From: Candidatus Latescibacterota bacterium
GTDB lineage: Bacteria > Latescibacterota > UBA2968 > UBA8231
NCBI GenBank assembly: GCA_965248265.1
Contig: CBDFJF010000001.1
Span: 2,624,001 to 2,688,000 of the forward strand
DNA: 64,000 nucleotides
Reading direction: 5' to 3'
Part shown: in pieces, positions 37,331-46,870 of the stretch
Layout: every line of letters begins with the position of its first letter
How positions within the stretch are numbered: position 1 is the stretch's first letter
Made by a program: the position numbers and the translations under genes
Notes under the pieces: generated by a model
Database searches by the model: none
Seen by the model: the letters and a program-made list of their open reading frames with translations, nothing else
What the model was told of the DNA's origin: nothing

Positions 37331-38761
37331 TTACTTGAAACTCCGGTAACTGATGACGACTGGCCGGTCGGTTTGTGCAGGAATTCCCACCAGCGAACCC
37401 GACTCAACCACTTTTCCGTTCCCATTTAACAACTCCACAACAAGGTCATCCGTTCCCGCAAATTGACTGACTCTGGCCATGTAAATCTTCGATGGCAGGG
37501 ACAGCCAGCTGCGGGTGTCAGCGGCTTCCGTGGATACCCCGAACATGTTTACGAGGAATCCCAGGAACTCATTCTTGTCCTCGGCCTTCTCCGTGGCCAC
37601 GTACTTCACCAGGGCACGGGCCACCGTCCGGGCCAGGATTGCGCCCTCCTTCTCACTGAAGCTCTTCATGGCGATGGCGTCAAGGTCTTCCATCAGGACA
37701 CCAGGAAAGACTTCTCCCCCTTCACCGCGGCGGACCCGCACCTTGCGCACCGATGAGGAGCGCTCGCGGTACTCAGGCAGCGCCACCTTGAGCCAGTAGT
37801 CGACTTTGGCATAGCGACGGCGCGGGTAGTGATAGCGTCCGGCGGCACGACGCGAAAGGGTCCGGCTGTCCACACTTCGATCGCTCTCTAGGATGGGCAG
37901 GTCGATTATGTGTTGACGCTTTTCCGCTATCAATCCGGTTTCGATGAAGACGACGGCCGTGCCGGCCAGAGATGGTACCTGGCTCACGTCGGCGGAGTGA
38001 GTTTGGGGGTAAATCTGGTGATAACGCTGGACGTCATCGTCGAAACCTAGAGCTCCGGCCGCCCGAATGAGATCACCCCCCAATACCTCCGGGACACGTG
38101 TGCCCAAATCCGCCGAGTACGCCCGGTACCCCCTTTCCGCATCTTTGTAGGAAACGTAGGCATCATTCCATTCGCCGGCAGCCTCGAAAAACAGACCGGT
38201 CATGTATTGGACGAAGGCATCGTTCTTGTAGCTCAATTCGTACTCGGCCTGGGCAGCGAAATCGGCCAGACGCAGATTGGCCTTACGGCATTCGACCATG
38301 GCGTCTTCGAACTCGCCCAGATAATTGTAATTGAGAGCTCGGTAGTAGTGGATGAGGACCCGTTCGAATTCCTCTCCCGTGTACGGCACGATGGCATCGT
38401 TCGTGAACAGGGAAGCTACCCCACGTGAGAGCGAGCGTGTGTAGAGCCTGTCGATCAACTGCTCTGCCGCCTCGAACTCCCGATTTGACGATTGGTACTC
38501 CCCCTGGTAGTGGAAGATCAACCCGCGCTCGAGATAATAGAGCAACCTGTTGGTCTTCCCGGACGGCTTCTCGAGTTTGGCCAGGGCCCCGTCGTAGTCC
38601 TCGTTCTTGAGGCGCGACAGCGAGTCCCTCATCATCACGGAATAGGCCGCTGCGCAGCCCATCAGCAACAGGGCTGCCAGGATTCCCAGGCTGAGGAAGA
38701 CCACGCGCACGGAGGCCTTCCCTGTCGATGATCGTCGCTTCGATGATAGTGTCTTGTTCAC
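37331..38761 (-). CDS. COG3014-like TPR lipoprotein (start GTG 38761 or 38710)
   Basis: Lipobox LLMGC, LLYYLERG, YTGEEFE, AMVECRK, ADTRSWLSLP. Confidence 0.8.
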   Translation of the reverse strand: MNKTLSSKRRSSTGKASVRVVFLSLGILAALLLMGCAAAYSVMMRDSLSRLKNEDYDGALAKLEKPSGKTNRLLYYLERGLIFHYQGEYQSSNREFEAAEQLIDRLYTRSLSRGVASLFTNDAIVPYTGEEFERVLIHYYRALNYNYLGEFEDAMVECRKANLRLADFAAQAEYELSYKNDAFVQYMTGLFFEAAGEWNDAYVSYKDAERGYRAYSADLGTRVPEVLGGDLIRAAGALGFDDDVQRYHQIYPQTHSADVSQVPSLAGTAVVFIETGLIAEKRQHIIDLPILESDRSVDSRTLSRRAAGRYHYPRRRYAKVDYWLKVALPEYRERSSSVRKVRVRRGEGGEVFPGVLMEDLDAIAMKSFSEKEGAILARTVARALVKYVATEKAEDKNEFLGFLVNMFGVSTEAADTRSWLSLPSKIYMARVSQFAGTDDLVVELLNGNGKVVESGSLVGIPAQTDRPVVISYRSFK

Positions 38762-38892
38762 GGGTTTGACTGCTGGCGGCTTCAGCTGTGACAGTGCAGA
38801 TCCACTCCCGCGTAGTGGATGCTCTGGCCAACTGGTTGTTCCCGCATGCCAGGTATACTTGAAGAACTCCGGGCAGCCTCCAGGCCATCCAC

Positions 38893-39261
38893 CTACACAG
38901 CCTCCACCGTGACCTCGTCGCCACTGTGGATGGTGGCCAGAATCCTGGGATCGCCTTCGATGGCGCCGAGGATGTTGACATCCGTGACCAGCCGGCACTC
39001 CTCTCCCTGGGAGGCTGGCGTCGGTCCGTAGGGTAGAGCTAGGGACTTGCCTTCCACCCACAGACAAACGGTACCGGCATCGACGACGGCGCGGGCGTCG
39101 TCTTCGAGTTCGACGTCGATGCCGACGTCGAAATACACCTCGTCTCCCCAGGTATTTGCCGTTGAGGTGATCGGCAGCGCCTCCATGAGCGCCTTTGCCG
39201 AAGCTGTCTGCTCGAGATACGCCGTCGTCTCACCTGCCGGCCAGGTAATGTGGATGTGCAT
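38893..39261 (-). CDS. Cyclophilin-like fold protein
   Basis: EALPI...NTWGDEVYF, G.V..W..G..LALPYGPTPAS; start after GGAG. Confidence 0.8.
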   Translation of the reverse strand: MHIHITWPAGETTAYLEQTASAKALMEALPITSTANTWGDEVYFDVGIDVELEDDARAVVDAGTVCLWVEGKSLALPYGPTPASQGEECRLVTDVNILGAIEGDPRILATIHSGDEVTVEAV

Positions 39262-39329
39262 GGAAACTCCCTCCTTTGCGTCGCTCCTATCCCTGTCTCG
39301 GTTGAGGGAAGATAGAGCCATAGGTACTC

Positions 39330-39425
39330 TTGTGCCCATCGGGCACGGTACAGAATGTTGCCCATCGGGCACGGTACGAAATGTCGCTCATCGGGCACGG
39401 TACCAGATGTTGCCCATGGGCACAA
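39330..39425. repeat. Array of about 3.5 palindromic 26-bp tandem repeats bounded by 10-bp inverted repeats
   Basis: Units start at 39333, 39359, 39385 and 39411 (consensus TGCCCATCGGGCACGGTACnnnATGT); ends are TTGTGCCCAT / ATGGGCACAA. Confidence 0.9.
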
Positions 39426-39489
39426 CCCTGATCCGTGCTGACGATCACTGGCGTGCTCTTTCATCCCAACAATCAACAGGTGAACTCTT

Positions 39490-40587
39490 TTGTCACAATC
39501 AGGTCTCCCGCTCAACGCCGTCGTCGTCGGCTACGGGTACGCCGGCCGCTGTTTCCACGCTTATCTGATCCGCATCACCCCCGGGTTGCACCTTCATGGC
39601 ATTGTCTCAGGTCGACCCGAGGTGCGCGCCCAGATCGCAGCGGACCTGCAGATCCGGACTTACGCTGAACTGAACGAGGCGTTGATGGATCCCGACGTCG
39701 ACCTGATCGTGCTGGCGACACCGAACCACCTGCACGAGTCACAGGCAGTCGCGGCGCTGAACGCCGGCAAGCATGTCGTCACCGACAAGCCGATGTGCCT
39801 GAGTGTCGCCGAAGCCGATCGCATGATCATGACGGCCGACAAAGCCGGCCGCTTGCTCAGTGTCTTCCAGAATAGACGCTGGGACGGCGACTACCTCACC
39901 GTACGGAATCTTCTTCGGCGCGGCACGGTCGGTACTCCCTACTTCATCGAAATGGCATGGGAGAAATTCTCACCGCCACGCACCTGGCGAGGGTCGCGGG
40001 TCGCCGGAGGTGGTATTTTCGTCGATCTGGGCTCTCACATGATCGATCAGGCACTGCTTCTGGCTGCGCCAGCGACTCTGAAAGCGGTTTACGCACGCTT
40101 CTTCGACAATGGCTGGGACACGAACGTCGAGGACTTCGCGCAATGCATGCTCAGCTTCGCGAGCGGCCTGGAGGTTCAGATCACGGCCTCGGCGCGATCG
40201 CGGGCAGTCAAACCCAGGTGGTACGCGCTGGGAACGGAAGGCGGACTGCTCAAGCACGGACTCGATCCTCAAGAGAAGGCCATGGTCGCCGGTGACATCG
40301 ACGCCGCCTACGAAGACGACGTGGCCCATCATGTGCGTGTTTGGAACGTGCAGACCGATGCGACCATGGCAGCAACACCAGAAAGACGACCGGAAGCAAC
40401 CGTATCCGAGCGTATCGTCCCGCCTCGAGCAGGCCGCTGGCGTTGCTACTACGAGAACGTCGTCGACGCCATCAACGCAAACGTCGAACTCATCGTCACA
40501 CCCCAGCAGATCCGCAGCGTCGTCAGCGTTGTGGAGGCCGTTTTCGAATCGGCGCGTACCGGTGCGGCCGTCAGCATGGAGGCCTGA
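39490..40587 (+). CDS. Gfo/Idh/MocA oxidoreductase (YdgJ/IolW-like)
   Basis: VGYGYAG, GKHVVTDKP, FQNRRWDGDY, DLGSHMID. Confidence 0.9.
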   Translation: MSQSGLPLNAVVVGYGYAGRCFHAYLIRITPGLHLHGIVSGRPEVRAQIAADLQIRTYAELNEALMDPDVDLIVLATPNHLHESQAVAALNAGKHVVTDKPMCLSVAEADRMIMTADKAGRLLSVFQNRRWDGDYLTVRNLLRRGTVGTPYFIEMAWEKFSPPRTWRGSRVAGGGIFVDLGSHMIDQALLLAAPATLKAVYARFFDNGWDTNVEDFAQCMLSFASGLEVQITASARSRAVKPRWYALGTEGGLLKHGLDPQEKAMVAGDIDAAYEDDVAHHVRVWNVQTDATMAATPERRPEATVSERIVPPRAGRWRCYYENVVDAINANVELIVTPQQIRSVVSVVEAVFESARTGAAVSMEA

Positions 40588-41162
40588 TGCCAGCGAAAGA
40601 TAGAGGGGACGCAGGCGACGATTGGGGCGAGGAAACGCGCTTCGAGATTCGCAATCAGGACACCCACATGCCGCTTGAGCAGTACCAGCGCCTGCCCAAG
40701 TTCCCCGTCCACATCGTCCTCGACAACCTGCGCAGTGCCTTCAACGTCGGCTCCGTGTTCCGCCTGGCGGACACGGCCCGTGTCGAGTCGATCATCACTT
40801 GTGGCTACACGGCGCACCCTCCACATCCCCGCCTTGAGAAAACGGCCTTGGGGTCGGTCGAATACGTGCCGCACGCACATTTCGAGTCGACGGCTGAAGC
40901 ACTGGCCTGGCTTCGTCAACGAGAGATTCCAGTGTGGGCCCTGGAGACGACATCGCATAGCCAGCGCTACACGGATGTCTCCTTTCCCAAGCCGGTGGCC
41001 CTGCTGTTTGGCAATGAAGCCCTCGGCATTGACCCCGAGGCGTTGAAGACCTGCGATCAGATGGTCGAAATCCCTGTTTTTGGTTTCAAGAACTCACTCA
41101 ACGTGGCATGCGCGTGCGCGGTGACTGTGTTCGAAGTACTGCGGCAGTGGCGTGCGGACTAG
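40587..41162 (+). CDS. SpoU/TrmH-family RNA methyltransferase
   Basis: LDNLRSAFNVGSVFR, FGNEALG, IPVFGFKNSLNV. Confidence 0.9.
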   Translation: MPAKDRGDAGDDWGEETRFEIRNQDTHMPLEQYQRLPKFPVHIVLDNLRSAFNVGSVFRLADTARVESIITCGYTAHPPHPRLEKTALGSVEYVPHAHFESTAEALAWLRQREIPVWALETTSHSQRYTDVSFPKPVALLFGNEALGIDPEALKTCDQMVEIPVFGFKNSLNVACACAVTVFEVLRQWRAD

Positions 41163-41173
41163 GTGAGGTTCGC

Positions 41174-42409
41174 TCACTTGATCGCCTTGCCTCCCGTAGG
41201 TACCGCATTGGCCTTGACGGACGAGTAGGCTTGCTTCTGGAACTTGCGGGCCCACTTGTGGCTGTCGCCATAGTCCGGTAGCTCGCGGACCCTCCTGTAG
41301 CGGGACAATGCCGAATCCCGCTTGCCCAGCTCATCCTCCGTCATGCCCAGGTAGAGATTGGCCATGATCGCGTACTTGCGCACGGATTGGCGACGCAGAT
41401 CGGGACCCAGCGTCAGACTGAGGCTGTCAGAATTGGCCAGATAGACCACGGCGTCTTTCAGCTCCCTGCGCAGAAACGCGCTCTTGCCTAGGTAGAATTG
41501 CGCCTCGACCTGTGCCCGCAAGTGGTAGCCCAGCCGCCCGGCGCGAGCGTGGTCGATCACTTCCCGATACAGTGGGGCAGCGTGGTTCCAACGACCCGCC
41601 TCGGCCAGCGTGCGAGCCGAGTAGCGATGGAACAGCGCATTCTCCGGATACGCCTGGCGCAGCACGACCAGATAGCTGAGCGCTCGCTGGGGATCGTCCT
41701 CGAACAGACGGTAGATCTGCGCCAGCAGAAACTGAGCCTCCGTGCGCGCGTACTGACCGTTTGAAGCCGCTTCCTGCAGTCGCTGCAGCCCGCGCTCACG
41801 ATCCCCACGCACCAGCAGCCAGGCGATGTGGCGTATAACCGGGTATTTCCGTGGCATGACATCGGCGAAGTAGTCGTAGAGCCCCTGGCCAAACAGCACG
41901 TCCTTGTTGTCAGGGGCGAGTTGGCGGCTCCGTTTCAGCAAGGGCAGACACCGCAGTCCATCACGTGCGGCTCGCAGGAACTGATCACGGTCCCCGCGCA
42001 GGCGTCCACGGAAACCGATGGCCCCACCCTTGAAGAACACGGCGTCGAAGTCGTCCTCATCGATCTCCAGACGGGCGTCGCACACGTCGATACAATCCTG
42101 CAGACGGGTGTAGAAGACCTCATCGTGTCGATGATCATCGAGGTCGAGGAGCACCCACCACCAGCTGGTCATTGCCAGGAAAAAGTAACCCAGCGGATGG
42201 TCCGGATAGTCATCGATGACTCCGCCGAAATGCCGCTCGGCTTCCTTGAGCTGCAAGCGGTATATCATGTCGATGCCGTCCTGCACACGCTGGCTCTGGT
42301 GCTGTATCGACAGTTCAGCCGCGCTGGGATCGGGAAGGTTGGCTGCAAGAGCGGCAGCCAGTGCCCACAAAGCAGTGAGCCGTGTCGGGAGCAATGAGAT
42401 CAAAAGCAA
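41174..42409 (-). CDS. Exported TPR-like helical protein
   Basis: Signal peptide, TPR-like repeats, GQGLYDY and GDRERGLQ motifs. Confidence 0.7.
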   Translation of the reverse strand: MLLISLLPTRLTALWALAAALAANLPDPSAAELSIQHQSQRVQDGIDMIYRLQLKEAERHFGGVIDDYPDHPLGYFFLAMTSWWWVLLDLDDHRHDEVFYTRLQDCIDVCDARLEIDEDDFDAVFFKGGAIGFRGRLRGDRDQFLRAARDGLRCLPLLKRSRQLAPDNKDVLFGQGLYDYFADVMPRKYPVIRHIAWLLVRGDRERGLQRLQEAASNGQYARTEAQFLLAQIYRLFEDDPQRALSYLVVLRQAYPENALFHRYSARTLAEAGRWNHAAPLYREVIDHARAGRLGYHLRAQVEAQFYLGKSAFLRRELKDAVVYLANSDSLSLTLGPDLRRQSVRKYAIMANLYLGMTEDELGKRDSALSRYRRVRELPDYGDSHKWARKFQKQAYSSVKANAVPTGGKAIK

Positions 42410-42528
42410 AGGTTGGGAGGCATGGTGTGTTTGTGAGCCGTCTGGCCGAGCTTTATTATAGCCAATTCATCACAATTAATTCTGCATTCCCTCATCCACC
42501 GCTCACCCATCGCATGGGATTCTCACCA

Positions 42529-43914
42529 GTGAAGGACCACGACGTCATCATCATCGGCGGCGGCTCGGCCGGCTACGCCGCGGCCCGTACGGCCAGAGAG
42601 CAGGGTGCCGACGTGGCCATCGTCGATCACGGACCGCTAGGCGGGCTCTGCATTCTTCGGGGCTGCATGCCCAGCAAGACGCTGCTGCGCTCGTCCGACG
42701 TCATGTCCTTGATGCGTCGAGCCGGTGAGTTCGGGCTGGCCGGTGAAAATCCCAGGGCCGATCTGGCCGCCATCATGGACCGCAAAGATCGTCTGATCGG
42801 AGAGTTCGCCGACTACCGCATCCAGCAATTGCGCGGATTTACCCTGTATGAAGACGACGCCTGTTTCCTGTCTCCGCATGAATTGCGCGTCGGGGACCGG
42901 ACGCTGACCGCCAGCAGCTTCGTCATCGCGACGGGGTCGGTTACCTCACAGGTGGAGATCCCCGGACTGGATGAAGCCGGCTACCTGACCAGCGACGAAT
43001 TGCTGAATCTCAGAGAGCAGCCGCGCTCCTTGCTCGTATTGGGCGGCGGCGCCGTGGCCACCGAAATGGCGCAGTTTTTCTGTCGCATTGGCACCGAGGT
43101 CACACTTATTCAGCGCTCCTCTCACCTGCTGTCCTGCGAGGACGAGGATCTGGCGTTGCCGGTGGAAGCCCGGTTTCGCGACGAGGGGATGCACTTGTAC
43201 ACGGGAACAAGCCTGCAGCGGATCTCCAGTGAGAATGGGATCAAGACCGCACACTTCACCCACGGTCGGGATCGGGAGGAAGAGAAGTCAGAGTCGGCGG
43301 AAATGATTCTACAGGCGCTCGGACGCCAACCAAACGTCGACCACCTCGGTCTTGATGCTGCTGGCGTCGAAGTCGGTAACGGCGCTACGGTCGATGTGCA
43401 GATGCGGACCAACCAACCTCATATCTTCGCCGTCGGCGACGTCAATGGGCTCTACGAGATCGTTCACATCGCCGTCGAACAGGGTGAGGTGGCAGGGTTC
43501 AACGCCGTCACCGGTGGTGGGTCGAATCGGAGTTGCGAGGAGCGACTGAAAACCCTGGTCGTGTTCACGGACCCCGCGGTGGCCACCGCAGGGTTGCGAG
43601 AAAAGGAATGCGTCTCACGCGGGATTCCCTACCTGGCGGCGTCCTACCCGTTCGACGATCACGGCAAGTCCTTGTGCCTGGGTGAGACTCACGGGCATGT
43701 GAAGCTGATGTGCGATCCCGCAACGGGAGAGCTCATTGGCTCCCACATCGTCGGACCAGAAGCAGGAGAGCTCATCCACGAACTGCTGGCAGTCATGTAC
43801 TTCAAGGGTACAGTGCACGACCTGCTGCGCATCCCCCACTACCACCCCACGCTGGCGGAGATCGTCACCTATCCGGCGGAAGAGCTTGCTGCACGACTGG
43901 GCGGCTCGACGTAG
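42529..43914 (+). CDS. Class I pyridine nucleotide-disulfide oxidoreductase (Lpd/MerA-like)
   Basis: GGGSAG, GGLCILRGCMPSK, GGGAVATE, HPTLAE; start may be ATG 42514. Confidence 0.9.
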   Translation: MKDHDVIIIGGGSAGYAAARTAREQGADVAIVDHGPLGGLCILRGCMPSKTLLRSSDVMSLMRRAGEFGLAGENPRADLAAIMDRKDRLIGEFADYRIQQLRGFTLYEDDACFLSPHELRVGDRTLTASSFVIATGSVTSQVEIPGLDEAGYLTSDELLNLREQPRSLLVLGGGAVATEMAQFFCRIGTEVTLIQRSSHLLSCEDEDLALPVEARFRDEGMHLYTGTSLQRISSENGIKTAHFTHGRDREEEKSESAEMILQALGRQPNVDHLGLDAAGVEVGNGATVDVQMRTNQPHIFAVGDVNGLYEIVHIAVEQGEVAGFNAVTGGGSNRSCEERLKTLVVFTDPAVATAGLREKECVSRGIPYLAASYPFDDHGKSLCLGETHGHVKLMCDPATGELIGSHIVGPEAGELIHELLAVMYFKGTVHDLLRIPHYHPTLAEIVTYPAEELAARLGGST

Positions 43915-43931
43915 TCGGGCGCCCAGTCGTC

Positions 43932-45245
43932 TTAGTCATAGTACTCCTGCCCCAGGTGGGTGATCAACTCCTCTCCCATCAGGAAGCGCAGCGTGTTCTT
44001 CAGTTTCATTAACTGGATGAACAGGTCGTGCTCAGGGTAGAGCTCTGGCGCTGTCTGCGGGCTTTTGAAATAAAACGAAAGCCACTCCTGAATCCCCTTG
44101 AAACCAGCACGCTTGGCAAGATCCCCGAACAGGACCAGGTCGAGGACCAGTGGCGCCGCCAGAATGCTGTCGCGGCAGAGAAAATCGACCTTGATCTGCA
44201 TCGGGTAACCGAGCCAACCAACGATGTCGATGTTATCCCATCCCTCTTTTTCGTCACCTCGAGGCGGGTAGTAATTGATTCGCACCTTGTGGTAAAAATC
44301 TGAGTAGAGATCAGGGTAGAGATGCGGCTGCAGAATATGCTCGAGGGCACCGAGCTTGCTCTCTTCCTTGGTCTTGAATGAACCCGGGTCGTCCAGCACC
44401 TCGCCATCTCGGTTTCCGAGAATATTGGTCGAAAACCACCCGGCCAGTCCTAGGCTACGGGCCTTGAGCGCTGGCGCCAAAACCGTTTTCATGAAGGTCT
44501 GCCCGGTCTTGAAATCCTTGCCGGCGATCGGCGCGCCATTGGCGTTGGCCAGTTCGACCATGACCGGAAGATCTACCGTCAGATTGGGTGCACCGTTGAG
44601 AAACGGGATGCCCTCAGTCAGGGCCGCATAGGCGTAGATCATGCTCGGCGCGATGTTGGCGTCGTTGTCTTTCAGGCCCTGCTCGAATGCTTCGATGGTC
44701 TCGTGGACAGGCTGTGGCTCTATGAAGATTTCCGTACTGCCGCACCAGATCATCACCAGGCGCTCCAGGTCATTCTCTTTCTTGAAACTGCGGATATCGT
44801 CACGCACCATCTCGACCAGATCCCACTTCGTCTCCGCTTTTTTCACCCAGCGACCTTCCAGACGCTTGACGAAGTCCCGATCGAAGACGGCTTTCCATGG
44901 TTTAATGGAACTGAGCCGGTCTTTGACCGAATCCAACATCTCCTGCTTGAGGACTCCGGCATGGGTCGCTGCCACGTACATGTCATCTTCAAACACATCC
45001 CAGCCACCGAACACCAGATCGTCCAATGATGCCAGCGGCACGAAGTCCTTGAGATGGGGTGAGCGGTTGTCCGTACGCTTGCCGAGTCTGATGGTGCCCA
45101 TCTGAGACAACGAACCGATTGGTTTGCCCAACCCGGCACGGACGGCTTCGACACCGGCAACGAAGGTGGTGGCGACGGCACCCATCCCCGGAAGCAGTAC
45201 TCCGAGCTTGCCCGTCGCTGGTTTGATTTGTTGAGGCTTATCCAT
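43932..45245 (-). CDS. ino1: myo-inositol-1-phosphate synthase
   Basis: GMGAVATT, GKDFKTGQT, NILGNRDG, CRDSILAAP, SFYFKSP. Confidence 0.93.
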   Translation of the reverse strand: MDKPQQIKPATGKLGVLLPGMGAVATTFVAGVEAVRAGLGKPIGSLSQMGTIRLGKRTDNRSPHLKDFVPLASLDDLVFGGWDVFEDDMYVAATHAGVLKQEMLDSVKDRLSSIKPWKAVFDRDFVKRLEGRWVKKAETKWDLVEMVRDDIRSFKKENDLERLVMIWCGSTEIFIEPQPVHETIEAFEQGLKDNDANIAPSMIYAYAALTEGIPFLNGAPNLTVDLPVMVELANANGAPIAGKDFKTGQTFMKTVLAPALKARSLGLAGWFSTNILGNRDGEVLDDPGSFKTKEESKLGALEHILQPHLYPDLYSDFYHKVRINYYPPRGDEKEGWDNIDIVGWLGYPMQIKVDFLCRDSILAAPLVLDLVLFGDLAKRAGFKGIQEWLSFYFKSPQTAPELYPEHDLFIQLMKLKNTLRFLMGEELITHLGQEYYD

Positions 45246-45363
45246 GGTCTCTTCTTTCTCTATTGGAGTTCCAGTAAGTCTGGACCAATGGCGGTTTACA
45301 CATCCTGCAACAGAAAATACTCCATACCAATCATTGCACAAATCAATTAATACTATATTATTT

Positions 45364-45378
45364 ATAGATAATATCTAT
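45364..45378. promoter_or_regulatory. LysR-type recognition site
   Basis: Perfect palindrome ATAGATA-A-TATCTAT (ATAG-N7-CTAT; T-N11-A) in the AT-rich ino1/lysR divergent region. Confidence 0.75.
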
Positions 45379-45399
45379 GCTCGACCTGGAGATGAAGCA

Positions 45400-46323
45400 G
45401 TGAACTTCCAGCACCTCAGGTATTTTCTGACCATCACGCGCCGGGGCGGCTTTACCCAGGCGGCGCGCGAGCTCAACGTGACCCAACCCACAGTGAGCAG
45501 CGGCATATCCGAGCTCGAGCGCACCCTCGGCGTCAAGCTCTTCAACAGGGACTCGCGCCATGTGGATCTGACTCCACAGGGACACACCCTGATGTCGTAC
45601 GCGTTGCAGATCGAGGATTTGCTGGAGGAGGCCGGCCAACGCCTCAGTGGTGACGTCTTGCCAGACGGCTTCCGCTTCGGCGCCATCGATGCTGCGGTCA
45701 TCTACCTGTTGCCGGAAATTCTGAAGACCTATCTGGACAGCTATCCGGAACTGGACCTCTCAATTCAGGTGGAACCGTCTCATTATCTCGTTGAAGAACT
45801 GCTCACCAATCGCTCCGAATTCGCCCTGATCTCGTTGCCGTTGGACAACCCCAAGATTCAGACCATACCGCTGTGCAGCGATGACATGCCGCTGGTTGTG
45901 GGAGCCAGTCATCGATTGGCGGGACGTTCCACCATCACACCCGCGGAAGCGGCGCTGGAAACCCTCATCCTCTTTCACCCGGACTCGGTGTCGCGGCATA
46001 TCGTCGACGAGCGCTTTGCCGAGGCCGGGGTGGCACCCCGAATCGTCATGGAGATGCGCAGCCCGGAGGCCATGCGCAAGCTGGTTGAGGCCGGCGTCGG
46101 CGCTTCCTTCCTGCCGCGGATGACGGTGAGGGATGCCCTGGAAGCGGGCGGCTTGTGTACTGTTCCTGTGGAAGGGATGTCCTTCGAAAGGGAAATCGGA
46201 CTGGCCTGGCGTCGCGGTCGCTACTTCGGCCCGACCATCAGTCGCCTAATCGAAGGTATATTGAGTGCCTTCGACAGTCTTGACGCGTGGACGGGGAGGG
46301 ACAAAGAATCAGCGCCGCTCTAG
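45400..46323 (+). CDS. LysR-family transcriptional regulator
   Basis: FTQAARELNVTQPTVS..ISELE..LGVKLF.R HTH plus substrate-binding domain. Confidence 0.93.
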   Translation: MNFQHLRYFLTITRRGGFTQAARELNVTQPTVSSGISELERTLGVKLFNRDSRHVDLTPQGHTLMSYALQIEDLLEEAGQRLSGDVLPDGFRFGAIDAAVIYLLPEILKTYLDSYPELDLSIQVEPSHYLVEELLTNRSEFALISLPLDNPKIQTIPLCSDDMPLVVGASHRLAGRSTITPAEAALETLILFHPDSVSRHIVDERFAEAGVAPRIVMEMRSPEAMRKLVEAGVGASFLPRMTVRDALEAGGLCTVPVEGMSFEREIGLAWRRGRYFGPTISRLIEGILSAFDSLDAWTGRDKESAPL

Positions 46324-46863
46324 ACCCTCCAAGAGCAACAAGGGTGGCTTGTATTGCCTGGCAGCCTGCTGTTTTTTTGCGAAGACCTGGTACTGGGCGA
46401 CAAACTGCTCGGCGTTCACGCCCATGAAGCAGCCACCCTCCAACCCACCCGCAACTCGCTTTAACCGCTCACACCCTTTGGTGACCAGCTGAGTAAATCC
46501 GCGCTGGTTGCCGCCGTGCCATTTGAGCAGCGAGGCGGAAAACTGGATCAGGCCCTGCAGGAATGAGCCGGTTTCCGCATCCGGCTCTTCCCTGCTCCAC
46601 AGGGCCTCCCACTGTTCATGTGCTTCCCACCAGTAAGCGAAATTGTAAAGGTCGACGCCGAATAGGTAGGTCTCATTTGATTGCCAGGAATCCGCTTCCA
46701 GCGAGGCTGAAGCGCGCGGATCCTCGGCGCCGAAGCTGTGACCGTGCGGATCCGTGCGTGGGTGTGGCGTTTCCCCGAGGACATGGCGGTACTCCGGGAA
46801 TGCCAGGTGGGGCGCATAACGTCTGGCACCGGGATCGAATGGACGTGAGGCTGTCACCGTCAC
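46309..46863 (-). CDS. DUF309-domain protein
   Basis: GVDLYN..YWWEAHEQWEALW, LQGLIQ; start approximate. Confidence 0.8.
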   Translation of the reverse strand: MTVTASRPFDPGARRYAPHLAFPEYRHVLGETPHPRTDPHGHSFGAEDPRASASLEADSWQSNETYLFGVDLYNFAYWWEAHEQWEALWSREEPDAETGSFLQGLIQFSASLLKWHGGNQRGFTQLVTKGCERLKRVAGGLEGGCFMGVNAEQFVAQYQVFAKKQQAARQYKPPLLLLEGLERR

Positions 46864-46870
46864 AGCTGGC

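Noticed and set aside
39330-39425. CRISPR array
   Set aside because: The variable segment is only about 3-4 nt, the period is 26 bp, and no cas genes are present; kept as a tandem palindromic repeat instead.
42529-43914. Mercuric reductase merA
   Set aside because: It lacks the C-terminal CC pair and NmerA domain, has the Lpd-type HPTxxE, and no mer genes are nearby.
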